DNA of 64,000 bases from Heptranchias perlo. Taxonomy: Eukaryota. Every line of letters starts with the position of its first letter. Positions within the stretch are counted from its first letter, which is position 1. The stretch spans positions 17,670,001 to 17,734,000 of the forward strand of contig NC_090331.1 in NCBI RefSeq assembly GCF_035084215.1, given 5' to 3'. Shown here one piece after another: positions 50,205-62,189 of the stretch. The notes beneath the pieces are model-generated. The model was not told the DNA's origin. It did no database searches and saw only the letters and a list, made by a program, of their open reading frames with translations. The position numbers were made by a program, and so were the translations under genes.

Positions 50205-50810
50205 AAAAATTCAATCTGTGGATTTGGACCTCGCTAGCAAGGCTAGCATTTATTGCTCATCCCTAGCTGCCCTTGAGAAGGTGGTGGTGAGCCTTCCTCT
50301 TGAACCGCTGCAGTCCATTTGGTGAAGGTACTCCCACAGTGCTGTTAGGTAGGGAGTTCCAGGATTTTGACTCAGCAACCATGAAGGAACGGCGATATAT
50401 GTTCAAGTCGGGATGATGCGTGACTTGGAAGGGAACTTGGAGGTGATGGCGTTCCCATACACTTCCCAGTTCGGACGAAAGGTCATCGACCTGAAACATT
50501 AACTCTGCTTCTTTCTCCACAGATGCAGCCTGAGTATTTCCAGCATTTCCCATGTACTTGCTGCCCTTGTCCTTCTCATGGGTTTGGGAGGTGCTGTCGA
50601 AGAAGTCTTAGCAAGTTGCTGCAGTCTATTCTGTAGATAGTACACACTGCAGCCGTGGTGCACTGGTGGAGGAAGGAGTGGATGTTTAAGGTGGTGGCTG
50701 GGCTACCAATCGAGTGGACTACTTTGTCCTGGATGGTATCGAGCTTCTTGTTGTTGTAGCTGCACCCATCCAGGCAAGTGGAGAGTATTCCATCACACTC
50801 CTGACTTGTG
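50205..50810 (-). mobile_element. 3' fragment of the LINE family at 1198-2968, interrupted by a PLE family B piece
   Basis: QVRSVMEYSPLAWM and SKSWNSLPNSTVG on the minus strand match 2450-2950. Confidence 0.88.
50465..50546 (+). mobile_element. 82-bp PLE family B insertion consisting essentially of a hammerhead motif (50468-50504)
   Basis: AGUU-CGGACGA-A-AGGUC-auc-GACCU-GAAA-CA-UU-AACU. A 13-bp TSD with 2 mismatches reads ttcccatacactt (50452-50464) / ttcccatgtactt (50547-50559). Confidence 0.75.
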
Positions 50811-52046
50811 AACCAATCATCCGATTAAACCAGGTAACCTTTGTTCCCACTTTCCTCTCCCCATGAATTTTCCACTCTCCACTTTTCAAAGTCACCTTCA
50901 TTTTCATCCTTTTCAGAGAAGCCTTGTAGGTGGTGGAGAGGCTTTGGGGGATAAAAAGAGAAGCATAAAGAAGAAAATGTTCCCCCTCATATGATGAGAA
51001 AATGCAGGATTACTAGTTGGAGTACTTGACAATTCAACTACACAGTTTGCAGCACTTTTTATAGGAATTAGTTTGTGACAGCTACCCTCAGTGTAAAAAG
51101 TCACCTTTAGTACACTAGTGTGTCATTTATTGCCACAAAATTAAATTGAACTAAATATCCTGTGGAATACCACCGGAGGGCCTATATATTATTCAAACCT
51201 ACACATCTTTCTGAAAAGTTTTATAAAGACTATAATGAATATTCTTGTAAAATTTAATGCATAGAAACCTATCTTACCTGAAGGCTTTTGTGTAAAACAG
51301 AACAAGCTGTAAAACATTGAACTATAGTCAGGGGCAGACTGGCCATATTGGATCCTGACACCCCCGCTGTATTATCGTTGCCCCCCTTTTTACCTTGAGA
51401 ATCACAAAGAACCCTGTGCTCTTCTGGGGAGTCAGTCCACCCCTGACTATAACTATTTAATGTCATCTCTCAACCCTTGGAAACTACTGCTTGTTTTTAT
51501 TTAATATAAAGTGTTTGCTCATCAAAGACTGTTCAGTATTATTTAATTTTGCTTATCCTTACTTGCACTTGAGCAGGTGGTGGTGAGCCTTCTCCTTGAA
51601 CTGCTGCAGTCCCATGTGGTGAATGTACTCCCACAGCGATATTAGGTAGGGAGTTGTCATTCTGAGTACATTTATTTAGCTAGTTAAATTGCATTTTTTT
51701 AATGATATTTTAAATCATATTCTTTTTAGTATACTCTATAAGAGGCTTTTCTTCCATTTTATTTAATTTGACTAAGAATTATTGTGTAATTGTTTATTGT
51801 GGTCAATGCCACTCACGTGCATAATTATTCTGAAGCAGCCCAGCTATAGCATTAGAGAATCCAAGACCTGGTTAGTCTGACCCAGGATTTACTGCTGCCA
51901 AGTCCTTTATTTTCAATGAGAAATGTGTCAAATGCAACCAGACAAAATTAACAAAAAAACAATTTAGCTCTTCTTGGCAGTCAACAGCAAATTCTGCACT
52001 ACATCCCTATAACATGGCGTGAAATGACACTTGGTATCACTGGAAT

Positions 52047-52155
52047 ATAGAATCGTAGACTCATAGAATGGTTACAGCACAGAAGGAGGCCATTCTGCCC
52101 ATCAACCCCATGCCGGCTCTTTGTAAGAGCAATCCAGTTAGTCCCATTCCCCCAA
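52047..52155 (-). mobile_element. CR1 3'-end fragment
   Basis: Near-identical to 31876-31975. Confidence 0.85.
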
Positions 52156-52579
52156 ACTTAATGTAGTTAGAATTGCACAATACAGTTGCTGAAGCGGCTT
52201 GTCCATTTGAAACATTTTTCCAATCCAGATTTTAATGTGTTAATCTCTATAACTGGCTTATCTGTGCTTACTTGTATAAGTAAGAACTGATTAAATGGGT
52301 GTATCTTATCAAGAATAAAACTGGCAGGAGTACGTTTCAAGACAGTACCATACCATGGGGTTCAGATAACATTGCTAACCTGCTTCGGTTTCACTTTTTT
52401 AGTTTATAAAATCATGAGCCCCTTGATGTGTCACTGCCATGTAAAATATTCCAACTTATGTGTAATTTTTACATTTTTATTTCAGATTGACATACACATA
52501 AATAATGATAGTTGGGGAACTGGTTGACACAGTGCGTTGGGCACATTCATCCCTAGGATGAACATCTATGTTGTTTGCT

Positions 52580-52925
52580 TACTGTAAGGGCCCCATTTGA
52601 AATGAGTTTGGGCAATCTCAATCTAGTCCTTAGTAGGCATGGGCATGGGCCTAAAGCATGGTTCTGTCCCTAATGTGGTACTAACTGTGAATCTTATTCA
52701 GGGAGGCTGTTGTGGGAAATGGAAAAATGCCACATTAATGCAGCAGGAGGTAGGGGGAGGTGGACTTATGAGTTTAGTGTTGCGGCATGTTGTTGGGACA
52801 AAGTAGAGGGTGCTTTACTCTGCATCTGGTTGTGCTATATCAGACTTGCGGTTGTTTGATGCTTGGTGCTTTAAATGGGAAGAGTTCCATTCACGAGCAC
52901 TGACATCCCTCACCTTGATGAGAAC
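52580..52925 (+). mobile_element. LF-SINE-like relic
   Basis: gaaatgagtttgggcaatctcaatctagtccttagtagg, gttgcggcatgttg...gtagagggtgcttt and ttcacgagcac resemble, in order, blocks of the LF-SINE consensus as recalled. A related piece lies at about 48097-48160. Confidence 0.5.
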
Positions 52926-53387
52926 AAATGCATGTTTAAAAATAAGTATTTTTTAAAAAAAAATCAAGATTTGAAATACTTATTAAACCCTGTTATTGGA
53001 TCTGAATCAGCAGATTCAATGGCGGAAGCATAACAGGGCAAATTAATTTGGGGTGAATTCTATTTCAATATGCATGCCTAACTGTGATGAACTTCACAAA
53101 TTGGTTGGGAATTAATTCAGAGCAAATAACTGTAAATCATGGATTCAAATTCATTTTGATTGGAATCAGCTGTTAATTTGAACTTTGTTAAGAAGCAGTA
53201 CTTACTGTCTGTCTTGTGTAACCTGCCCCACAATCCCATCCTTGCATCCTTTAGAATTTCATAGGCACTTGGTCATACTCAGATAATAAGATCAAAGTGA
53301 TTAATTTTTCAGAAAATTTGATTAGCAGTTTATGTGTACATACAGTTTTCAAAAATAAACTTGTTCAAATCTAAAAATCATCCCTTT

Positions 53388-53411
53388 TATATATATATAT
53401 ATATATATATA
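53388..53411. repeat. (TA)n microsatellite
   Basis: Direct TA run. Similar runs occur at about 24723-24739 and 30962-30975. Confidence 0.9.
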
Positions 53412-54258
53412 AAATCTTTTCCACTTTAAGTTCCTTCATCTCTTTAAGAACTTTATGATGGGGCTCTGATTTCCTCTGATCTCCAATCTTCCTGCTCCTC
53501 TGACATAAGTTCACCCCACTCCTAATTCCTCTGACCTCTGTTCTCCCCCAAAAATTGTCCACATTTGCAAATGTATGAGAAGATCAAGTGGTGGTATTAT
53601 AAAGTACCTGGTGAGCCAAGAACTGGAACATCCCAACACACTTACACCTCTGGTTTGGGTACTTAATCCTGCCTTTATTGAAATGAGAAACACTGCTCCT
53701 ACTATCATTTTGCACACAAAAAAATGCAACTAAAAGCATAACATCTCCTCATATCCAAAGTCTAATGTTTTCTTTAATATTTCTTAACATAAAGGTAAAA
53801 CACATAATTAAAATAATCTCTTGACTTGATTCACTTTTTGTGTCGTACAAAGGGCTATTTACCCTTTGAGGACTGAAAGACCTTTTTATCTTTGAGAAGA
53901 CATACACTGCTTTTCTTTCTAGAGCATCTGCAAAGATGGTGATCTGTGAACTCCTAATGCAGAATAGCAAGTAGAATCAGATAAATGCACAGAACTATAG
54001 AGCACTTCTTAATTCATCGCATCCTGGGGAAAAAGCTCCAATAATTGAAATCCTGTTATACAGTGGGAATCCTTTTATAATGAAATCTTGTTTGGCACAA
54101 CAACATTTCACTATGTGAGGAGCTAAACTGTTTTTGGAGCAGTTCCAGGTTCTTGGAACACGCTGCTCGGGATTTTGAAACTTTTTGTTTCAAAATGAAA
54201 GTCAGTGTACTTGGGTTCATTACAGCATAAGGATTTTTAGGAACAGGAAAAGACTTGG

Positions 54259-54730
54259 TAAACTTGAGCTCATCCAAAACTCAGCTGCCCGTATCCTAAC
54301 GTGCACCAAGTCCTGTTCACCCTTCATCCCTGTGCTCGCTGACCTACATTTTCAAATCCCTCCATGGCCTCGACCCCCCCTATCTTTGTAACCTCCTCCA
54401 GCCCTACAACCCTTCGAGATCTCTGCGCTCCTCCAATTCTGGCCTCTGCATATCCCCAATTATAATTGCCCCTCTATTGGCAGCCAGGACCCTCAGCTGC
54501 CTAGACCCTAAGCTTTGGAATACCTTCCCTAAACCTTTCTGCCTCCTTATATCGCTCTCCTCCTTTAAGACACTCATTAAAACCTGCCTTTTTGACCAAG
54601 CTTTTGATCACCTATCCTAATATTACTCATGTGGCTCGGAGTGAAATTTTGTTTGATAATGCTCCTGTGAAGCGCCTTGAGACATTTTACTATGTTAAAG
54701 GCGCTATATAAATGCAAATTGTTGTTGTTG
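54259..54730 (+). mobile_element. L2 LINE 3' fragment (same family as 32455-32983)
   Basis: KLELIQNSAARILTCTKSCSPFIPVLADLH; tail gcgctatataaatgcaaa(ttg)n. Confidence 0.9.
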
Positions 54731-54907
54731 ATAGTCTTAAAAAGCATTTTTCGTAGATGAACCCCCAACTACCAGCCGTTTCACCCTAGCTCTCAATCCC
54801 TTCTCTCAAAAGAAATGCATCTACTTTTCTTTTGAACCTATTTACATCGTCCACTTCAATAGCTTATTGTTTCATTACATAACAATAGTCACTGTGCTTC
54901 TAAGGTA

Positions 54908-55191
54908 TGATGTGGAGATGCCGGTGATGGACTGGGGTTGACAATTGTAAATAATTTTACAACACCAAGTTATAGTCCAACAATTTTATTTTAAAATTCA
55001 CAAGCTTTCGGAGGCTTCCTCCTTCCTCAGGTGAATGTCAAGAAATCCTCGAACCTCTCGCATTTATAAATCACAGAACAATACCTGGTGATTACAGATA
55101 GACTTTTCAACTGCCCGTTGCCAAGGCAACGGGCAGTTGAAAAGACTATCTGTAAGACTATCTAAAGACTATCTGTAAGACTATCTAAAGA
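54908..55191 (-). mobile_element. PLE family A terminus with fold-back and reiterated junction
   Basis: 54908-55036 is the reverse complement of 44180-44307 with few changes. Exact 11-bp TSD cttctaaggta at 54897-54907 and 55192-55202. Confidence 0.88.
54996..55036 (-). ncRNA. Minimal type I hammerhead ribozyme motif
   Basis: The minus strand reads AUUCAC-CUGAGGA-A-GGAGG-aag-CCUCC-GAAA-GC-UU-GUGAAU, with a perfect 6-bp stem I and 5-bp stem II. Confidence 0.83.
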
Positions 55192-55224
55192 CTTCTAAGG
55201 TAATGTGTTGTACAAAGTAACTTC

Positions 55225-55672
55225 AGTTATGTGGAAAGACTAGAGAAGCTGGGTTTGTTCTCCTTAGATCAGAGAAGGTTAAGGGAGATTTAATAGAGGT
55301 GTCCAAAATTATGAAGGGTTTTGAAAGGGAGAAACTGTTTCCACTGGCAGGAGGGTCGATAACCAGAGGAAACAGATTTAAGATAATTAGCAAAAGAACC
55401 AGGGTGCAGATGAGGAGAATTTTTTTAATGCAGTGAGTTGTTATGATATTGAATGCACTACCTGAAAGGGTGGTGGAAGCAAATTCAATTGTAACTTTCA
55501 AAATGGAATTAGATATATACTTGAAAAGGAAAAAAAAATGAAGGGGAAAAATTTGCAGGGCTATTGGGAAAGAGCAGGGGAATGGGAGTAATTGGATAGC
55601 TCCTTCAAAGTGCCAGCACAGGCACGATGGGCCAAATGGCCTCCTTCTGTGCTGTAAGATTCTATGATTCTA
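55225..55672 (+). mobile_element. CR1 3' fragment
   Basis: Homologous to 21670-22100; tail attctatgattct. Confidence 0.9.
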
Positions 55673-55849
55673 AGCACTTTGAGGTGTTTTGATGTGATAA
55701 GTTGCTATATATAAACGTAAGTATTATTATTATTTGAACCTTTCACCATGGAACGTTACACTACTGAAGGAAACTGGCTCACTAAAGGAGCTACCCACTT
55801 TGCTAACTATGGATTCTGATTCCATCACAGTTTCTGGTAGGGTTTTCCA

Positions 55850-56170
55850 AATACTTTGTGTAAAAAAAATTGTCTAACTGATTCCTTTTTTCCTTTGGTG
55901 GATAATCTTATAGTTATGGCCTCCAATTACCAACTCACTGACCAGTGGAAATAGATTTCTCTTATTTATCTTCTCAAAATCTCTCATAACCTTGAACACC
56001 TCCATCAAGTCTCTTAACTTTCACTATTCTAGCTAAAAGAGTCACTGTTTCTTCAGTTTCTCCTCAGATCTGAAGCTTCTCATACCTGGTATTATGCTAG
56101 CAAATCTCTTCTGTATCTACTCCATGGCCATGACCCCATTCTTAAAGTAGGGCGCACAAAACTGGACACA
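55850..56170 (-). mobile_element. Degenerate CR1 fragment
   Basis: The minus strand reads CVQFCAPYFK...DLMEVFKVMR. Confidence 0.65.
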
Positions 56171-57206
56171 ATGGGCTGAATATTACCCCTCTCCCCCACT
56201 CCCGACGACAGGCGGGACAGGGTCAGCGGTGGGGGAGAGCTAAACCGTCAAATGCGGGAAACGCAACCTGTTGCCTTTTTTACGGTGGCGGATATTGGGG
56301 AGTTCGAGTATCCCGCCATGGAGGGGTGGGTCGGTCATTAACATATTTAAATCATTTCTTTCTTTCTATGTTCTTGGCACTGCCCACCCAAGAAGAAGAA
56401 AAATTATGGAAGCAAAATGTTCCACCTAAGATCTCCATTTTCTATACTACTCTGCTATTTTTAGACTGCAGACTCAACTGCAGCATATTCAATCCACATC
56501 CACAATTTGATTCTAAAAATAACAGAGAAGTATGGGAACCAGAGACCTTCAATGGAATATGCTTATTTTCCGCACAGGATGTTGTTTAACTTGTTTCATA
56601 ATCTTTCTCGAGGTAAATAGTTGTGGCCAGAGGCAACTATTACTGGTAAATAGTCACAAAGAATTATTTTGGGTTGACTATTTCAATCAGAATCCTGAGA
56701 CTTGGAAGTGTCACTGTTCGTGCAGTGCAGAGAGTCCCTTTTAAGTAAAGCATTTTGATTCAAGATTATAGGCTGGAAATTTTAGTTTATATTCAGTGAT
56801 CCAATGCTCTCAGCAAGAAGCCATACTCGAAAGAAGTGAGTGTGTCAGTGATAGGGCTAAAACAATCTAGCACTGATTCTCCTGTGTTCACTTTTAGTGC
56901 AGTTCCTTGCTGGGAGCTTAGGTTCACTGAATATACCCTCAAAAGTGCATAGTCTAGAAATGATGATTAATTATGTTATCATACAGCACTTACTGTAGTC
57001 AGATCAAATTCCTCTGTCTGCTACTTTATGGAGGCATTAACAGATTAATACTGCCATTAAAATAAGGACAAGGAATTTGATAGGGATGCCTTAAGCATTT
57101 ATACAGCAATATCACAAAGTGATATATGGAGCTGACTGTGTGATGTTAATTTTATAGCCTGGATCATGTTGCAAAACAAAGCAATTCATTGATACTACCA
57201 TAGCCA

Positions 57207-57800
57207 TGTCAGCTTGTCTCAGTTGGTAGCACTCTCAGTCAGAAGGATGTGGGTTTAAGTACCTCTCTAGAATTTGAGCACATAATGTAGGCCGACACAT
57301 TAGTGCATAACTGAAGGGGGTGCTGCATTGTTGGAGATACTGTGGGTAATTTTGACTTTGTGCCATAGTGTAAAATGTGTGATAGCGAATCAGCAGCCTG
57401 TTTTACATCTTTCCCAATTTTTGTATCTGTTGACTTCAATGGAAGTAAAAATCGGGAGAGATGTAAAACGATCTGCCGATTCACTCCCACTCATTTTGCA
57501 CTATCGCACAAAGTCAAAATGACCTCCACTGTCTTTTGGATGAGATATTATATGGGGGTCCTTTCTGCCTGTTGAGATGGATGTATAAAATCCCATGGTG
57601 TTTTTTGAGAAGAGCAGGAAGTTCTCCTGGTGTCCTGGCATTCATGTCTCAACCAAGAACCTCCAAAACAGATTAAGTGCTCATTTATCTCATTGCTGTT
57701 TGTGGGACCTTGCTATGCACAAATTAGCTGTCACATTTCTCTACAAAGTGTCAGCGATTACACTGTAAAAGTAGTTCCTTGACTGTGAAGTGCTTTTGGA
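57207..57800 (+). mobile_element. Deu-domain SINE interrupted by a palindromic MITE
   Basis: 57207-57342 and 57529-57800 align contiguously with 43611-43990. Confidence 0.78.
57343..57528. mobile_element. About 185-bp fully palindromic MITE
   Basis: attttgactttgtgc...ttttacatct...ttgacttcaa (centre)...agatgtaaaa...gcacaaagtcaaaat, flanked by the direct repeat (a)ctg. Confidence 0.75.
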
Positions 57801-59161
57801 TAAGCACTCTTTGCTCCTCTGGAAGTTCGTCTGTTGTTCCTCTTAAATTCCCATTACATTGTCATACACACTCTTACTCCTCCCCACATACTCCCTGTGA
57901 AATTTCAATCAAAATGAAGGGAGTCCAGAATGTTAAATTTCTCCACAAAAGTAGTATAAAATAATACTCCAATGATTTTTATTAAATTGAGAGCATGCCT
58001 GGAAGAAATTAGTTTAAAAATCAAATTGACTTCACTTCTGAGCTCATTTGATAACAATTTATTTCATTACTCATTGTCTAGGCTCACATTTGGGTGATGT
58101 TTGAGTGGGCTACCAGTATCTGCGGAACTGGACCTCAGCATGAGCCACCACCATCAGAAGACTACTTCCTCAAGATGATCTCATGCCTGAAATGGGATCC
58201 CAAACCCATATTGGTTTCTTTCAAGTTGAACTGTACCTTTTGCAATGTTGCCCTACACATGTTGCTCCTCCTGCTCCTCCTAGCCCCACAAAGATGAGTT
58301 TAAAACTTACCTTTTTGTGGGTAACTTCCCTGGCAGGTTTTACTGAGCAGTGCAGCAGCGGACCCACGATTTGCAGGTGTTAATAAGGATTCAGTTGAAG
58401 TCAGGCAGGCACCTGAGGTGCTTAAAAAATGGGCCCAATTAAAGTGGCGGTGGGTGGGAATGGAATGGGAATAGGGCGGTAGGTTTTCCAAGGCATAACT
58501 GTGCTTTAACTGATAACAATTATTTATCCTGTGTAGAAAATAAACTAAAAATGCTTGAATTGTATTTTAGCTGTTCGTGCAAAACTAAACCTTGACTTCA
58601 CTGGGCCCATGACTGCCATGAGAGTTTTTGTGGACATTCGAGAGTGCAGGTAATAGGAGTGTGGATAATCAAGGTTCCAGTGTATCTAAATCTGGATAAA
58701 ATATGCACAAAGCGTTCCAATACTAACCAGTTTATGACGTCAGTAGTTATAGGGTGAAAGAATGCTCTTGTCTTGGAAATATTTGCAGCTTAATGTGAAC
58801 AGGTTTCTCCTTTTTAAACATCACGGCAATGTTTTTGTTGTTACTTGAAACGCTGCAATTGATCAATGTGGGCATGTTTTGACTGACTTTGTTCTCGATT
58901 TTTCTTTTAAGATTTTGGCAAGATTTGAAAACTACAATGAGGTTGAACTTTTCTGTTCATTATTGATTTAGTTTTCCCCCACTATTTCTTTGCCCCTGCT
59001 GTCCTGCAGACGACGATTCCTCTGGGGTGTGGATTCAAAAGGCTTCAGTCGCCTTCCTGCAGTTCACCCAAGTGGTCGCTCCTCACGTGTGTAATCTTAG
59101 ACAGAAAGTGTCCACAGGCTTGGCCACCATGGAGAGCATCACAGCCAAGCCCAATCCTGGT

Positions 59162-59311
59162 NNNNNNNNNNNNNNNNNNNNNNNNNNNNNNNNNNNNNNN
59201 NNNNNNNNNNNNNNNNNNNNNNNNNNNNNNNNNNNNNNNNNNNNNNNNNNNNNNNNNNNNNNNNNNNNNNNNNNNNNNNNNNNNNNNNNNNNNNNNNNNN
59301 NNNNNNNNNNN
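59162..59311. other. Assembly gap (150 N)
   Basis: Run of N characters. Confidence 1.
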
Positions 59312-59599
59312 TCAGGAGTGGGAACCCTGGCAGAAAATTTCCCTCCCTAGCCTGGAGATGCTTGAGGAAAACTGTAGCATCTCCACTGCTTAGATCAACT
59401 AGCTCATCACAGACTGGGCAGCAAACCTGTGATGCCCTTGGTCTTTATAATTCAGCATCACACTGGGTGATGCTGTTACCCATAAATTCATTGGGGAGTT
59501 TAATGTTAATGACTTGAAACATTGTGTAATAACAGAGTAGATGTATTTGTAAGCATATTTAAAGTAATGACTGTTAGATGTAACAATCAAGAGATTGCT

Positions 59600-60420
59600 G
59601 AATGTAGCTATTGGATGGTCCCAAAAGGAATGATATATTCAAGAATTATGGTCACACCTAGCCTCCATAGAATGGTGCAAATCAACTATAAGAGGATCCC
59701 AAATATGATTCAAACAAATCTAGACAGCTGGAGAACCCTTCTTTTATCCCTACAAGGGAAATTCATCATTCTAAAGATGAATGCATTAGTCAGACAGAAG
59801 TTATCCATTCACAATACTCCCTGTGGAGGTCAGGAAGTACAGGAGAAGGAAAATACAAATGTTTTTAAGATTTATTTTCATGAGTCGAGGATCGGGGGGA
59901 AGCTCTGTACTTGAGCCTAGAACAGCTGTAAGAGCTAAGGATGTAGGTTGGGAGTGCTGGATCCATTCCTAGACAATATGGCTTTTACAATGTGTCTTTA
60001 TGGATTAAAAAACCTACAAAGAATTCCCATGTGGCTGGTTTGGGAAGAAGAGGAAGCTCCAAAAGGCTGTCCTTTCAATGATTTGTTTTACTGTCCTCAG
60101 GTGACTATTAAATCAAAAGAACCTGGTAATAAGTTCTTCATGCAATCTGCTGAAGACAGTAGAGGAGGTCTTAAAACTAGCCGTTGACCACTTGATGAAT
60201 GTCCCTTCATACAATAACTATAACCTTTTAGTCAGTGGAAAAATCATGAGGGTTGACAATGGGAGGGAGCATAGAACGTGCAAGGGGAAAATTTGTAATC
60301 AGGAAGGTACGGCATTCTTTTTCTGGTTTGAAAGGATATTTCTCCTTCATAGACACTAATTCTCTGCTTCTTTTTTATTGCCACAAGTTCTGTCAGTACT
60401 TGCAGATGTGATCTCGGGGG
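59600..60420 (+). mobile_element. Degenerate L1-clade ORF2 remnant
   Basis: VQINYKRIPNMIQTNLDSWRTLLLSLQGKFIILKMNAL resembles the L1 motif NY..L...DL..W..LPLSL.GR...KMN.L. Confidence 0.55.
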
Positions 60421-60825
60421 TGTGGGGTGGTGTGGGGATGTGGCGGTCACAACACCTGTGGAGTCAGGGAGCACTCCTGCTATTCCCAGCTTCACAGGAA
60501 GAGTCTTACATTTTTTAAATAAAAAAAGTACCTTTTGTGGGTGGCCATGAGGGCCATTGAAGAATCTTGAGCAGGCAGGCTTGGTGCTTGCCCTTCTCTT
60601 CGATAACTAATTTTGTAAAGGGGTCCTTCAGCAGGCACCCTCATCAACATATTCAAGGGGCCTAACGCCAGTTTTAGATGTCAGCCCATGATGCCTAAGA
60701 AAATGGGCTCCTTGAAATTAGCAGTGGCACCAATGTCTGTGCAGATTGGGCCTAGGCCGTCCCCACTGCTAAACTGGTATGCTTTACGCCCATTTTACAC
60801 CCAAAAACGGATGCAACGCATACCA

Positions 60826-62165
60826 AGACAGGATCTACGGGCATTTGGAGAGGCAGGGACTGATTAGGAACAGTCAGCATGGTTTTGTGAGAGGAAAATC
60901 ATGTCTCACAAATTTGATTGAGTTTTTTGAAGGGGTAACCAAGAAGATAGATGAGGACTGTGCAGTAGACGTGGTCTACATGGACTTTAGCAATGCCTTT
61001 GACAAGGTACCGCATGGTAGGTTGTTACATAAGGTTAGATGTCACGGGATCCAAGGTGAGGTAGCCAATTGGATACAAAATTGGATTGACGACAGAAGAC
61101 AGAGGGTGGTTGTAGAGGGTTGTTTTTCAAATTGGAGGCCAGTGACCAGCGGTGTGCCTCAGGGATCGGTGCTGGGTCCGCTGTTATTTGTTATTTATAT
61201 TAATGATTTGGATGAGAATTTGGAGGCATGGTTAGTAAGTTTGCAGATGACACCAAGATTGGTGGCTTTGTGGACAGTGAAGAAGGTTATCTAGGATTGC
61301 AACGGGATCTTGATAAATTGGGCCAGTGGGCCGATGAATGGCAGATGGAGTTTAATTTAGATAAATGTGAGGTGATGCATTTTGGTAGATCGAATCGGGC
61401 CAGGACCTACTCCGTTAATGGTAGGGCGTTGGGGAGAGTTATAGAACAAAGAGATCTAGGAGTACAGGTTCATAGCTCCTTGAAAGTGGAGTCACAGGTG
61501 GATAGGGTGGTGAAGAAGGCATTCAGCATGCTTGGTTTCATTGGTCAGAACATTGAATACAGGAGTTGGGATGTCTTGTTGAAGTTGTACAAGGCATTAG
61601 TCAGGCCACACTTGGAATACTGTGTACAGTTCTGGTCACCCTATTATAGAAAGGATATTATTAAACTAGAAAGAGTGCAGAAAAGATTTACTAGGATGCT
61701 ACCGGGACTTAATGGTTTGACTTATAGGGAGAGTTTGGATAGACTGAGACTTTTTTCCCTGGAGAGTAGGAGGTTTAGGGGTGATCTTATAGAAGTCTAT
61801 AAAATAATGAGGGGCACAGATAAAGTAGATAGTCAAAATCTTTTCCCAAAGGTAGGGGAGTCTATAACGAGGGGGCACAGATTTAAGGTGAGAGGGGGGT
61901 GATACAAAAGGGCCCAGAGGGGCAATTTTTTCACTCAAAGGGTGGTGAGTGTCTGGAACGAGCTGCCAGAGGCAGTAGTAGAGGCGGGTACAATTTTGTC
62001 TTTTAAAAAGCATTTGGACAGTTACATGGGTAAGATGAGTATAGAGGGATATGGGCCAAGTGCAGGCAACTGGGACTAGCTTAGTGGTATAAACTGGGCG
62101 ACATGGACATGTTGGGCCGAAGGGCCTGTTTCCATGTTGTCAACTTCTATGATTCTATGATTCTA
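60826..62165 (+). mobile_element. Young 5'-truncated CR1 LINE, same subfamily as 2973-4884
   Basis: Colinear and near-identical to 3542-4884, with a 1-bp deletion near 61221, a premature TGA at 61900-61902 and an (ATTCTATG)n tail. Confidence 0.97.
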
Positions 62166-62189
62166 ATTTCTACCTCTATAGGTCCATCC

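Noticed and set aside
55141-55192. Short direct repeats as a CRISPR-like array
   Set aside because: There are no unique spacers, the context is eukaryotic, and the repeats are explained as a retroelement junction.
59027-59350. 107-aa ORF
   Set aside because: It is open only because it spans the N gap.
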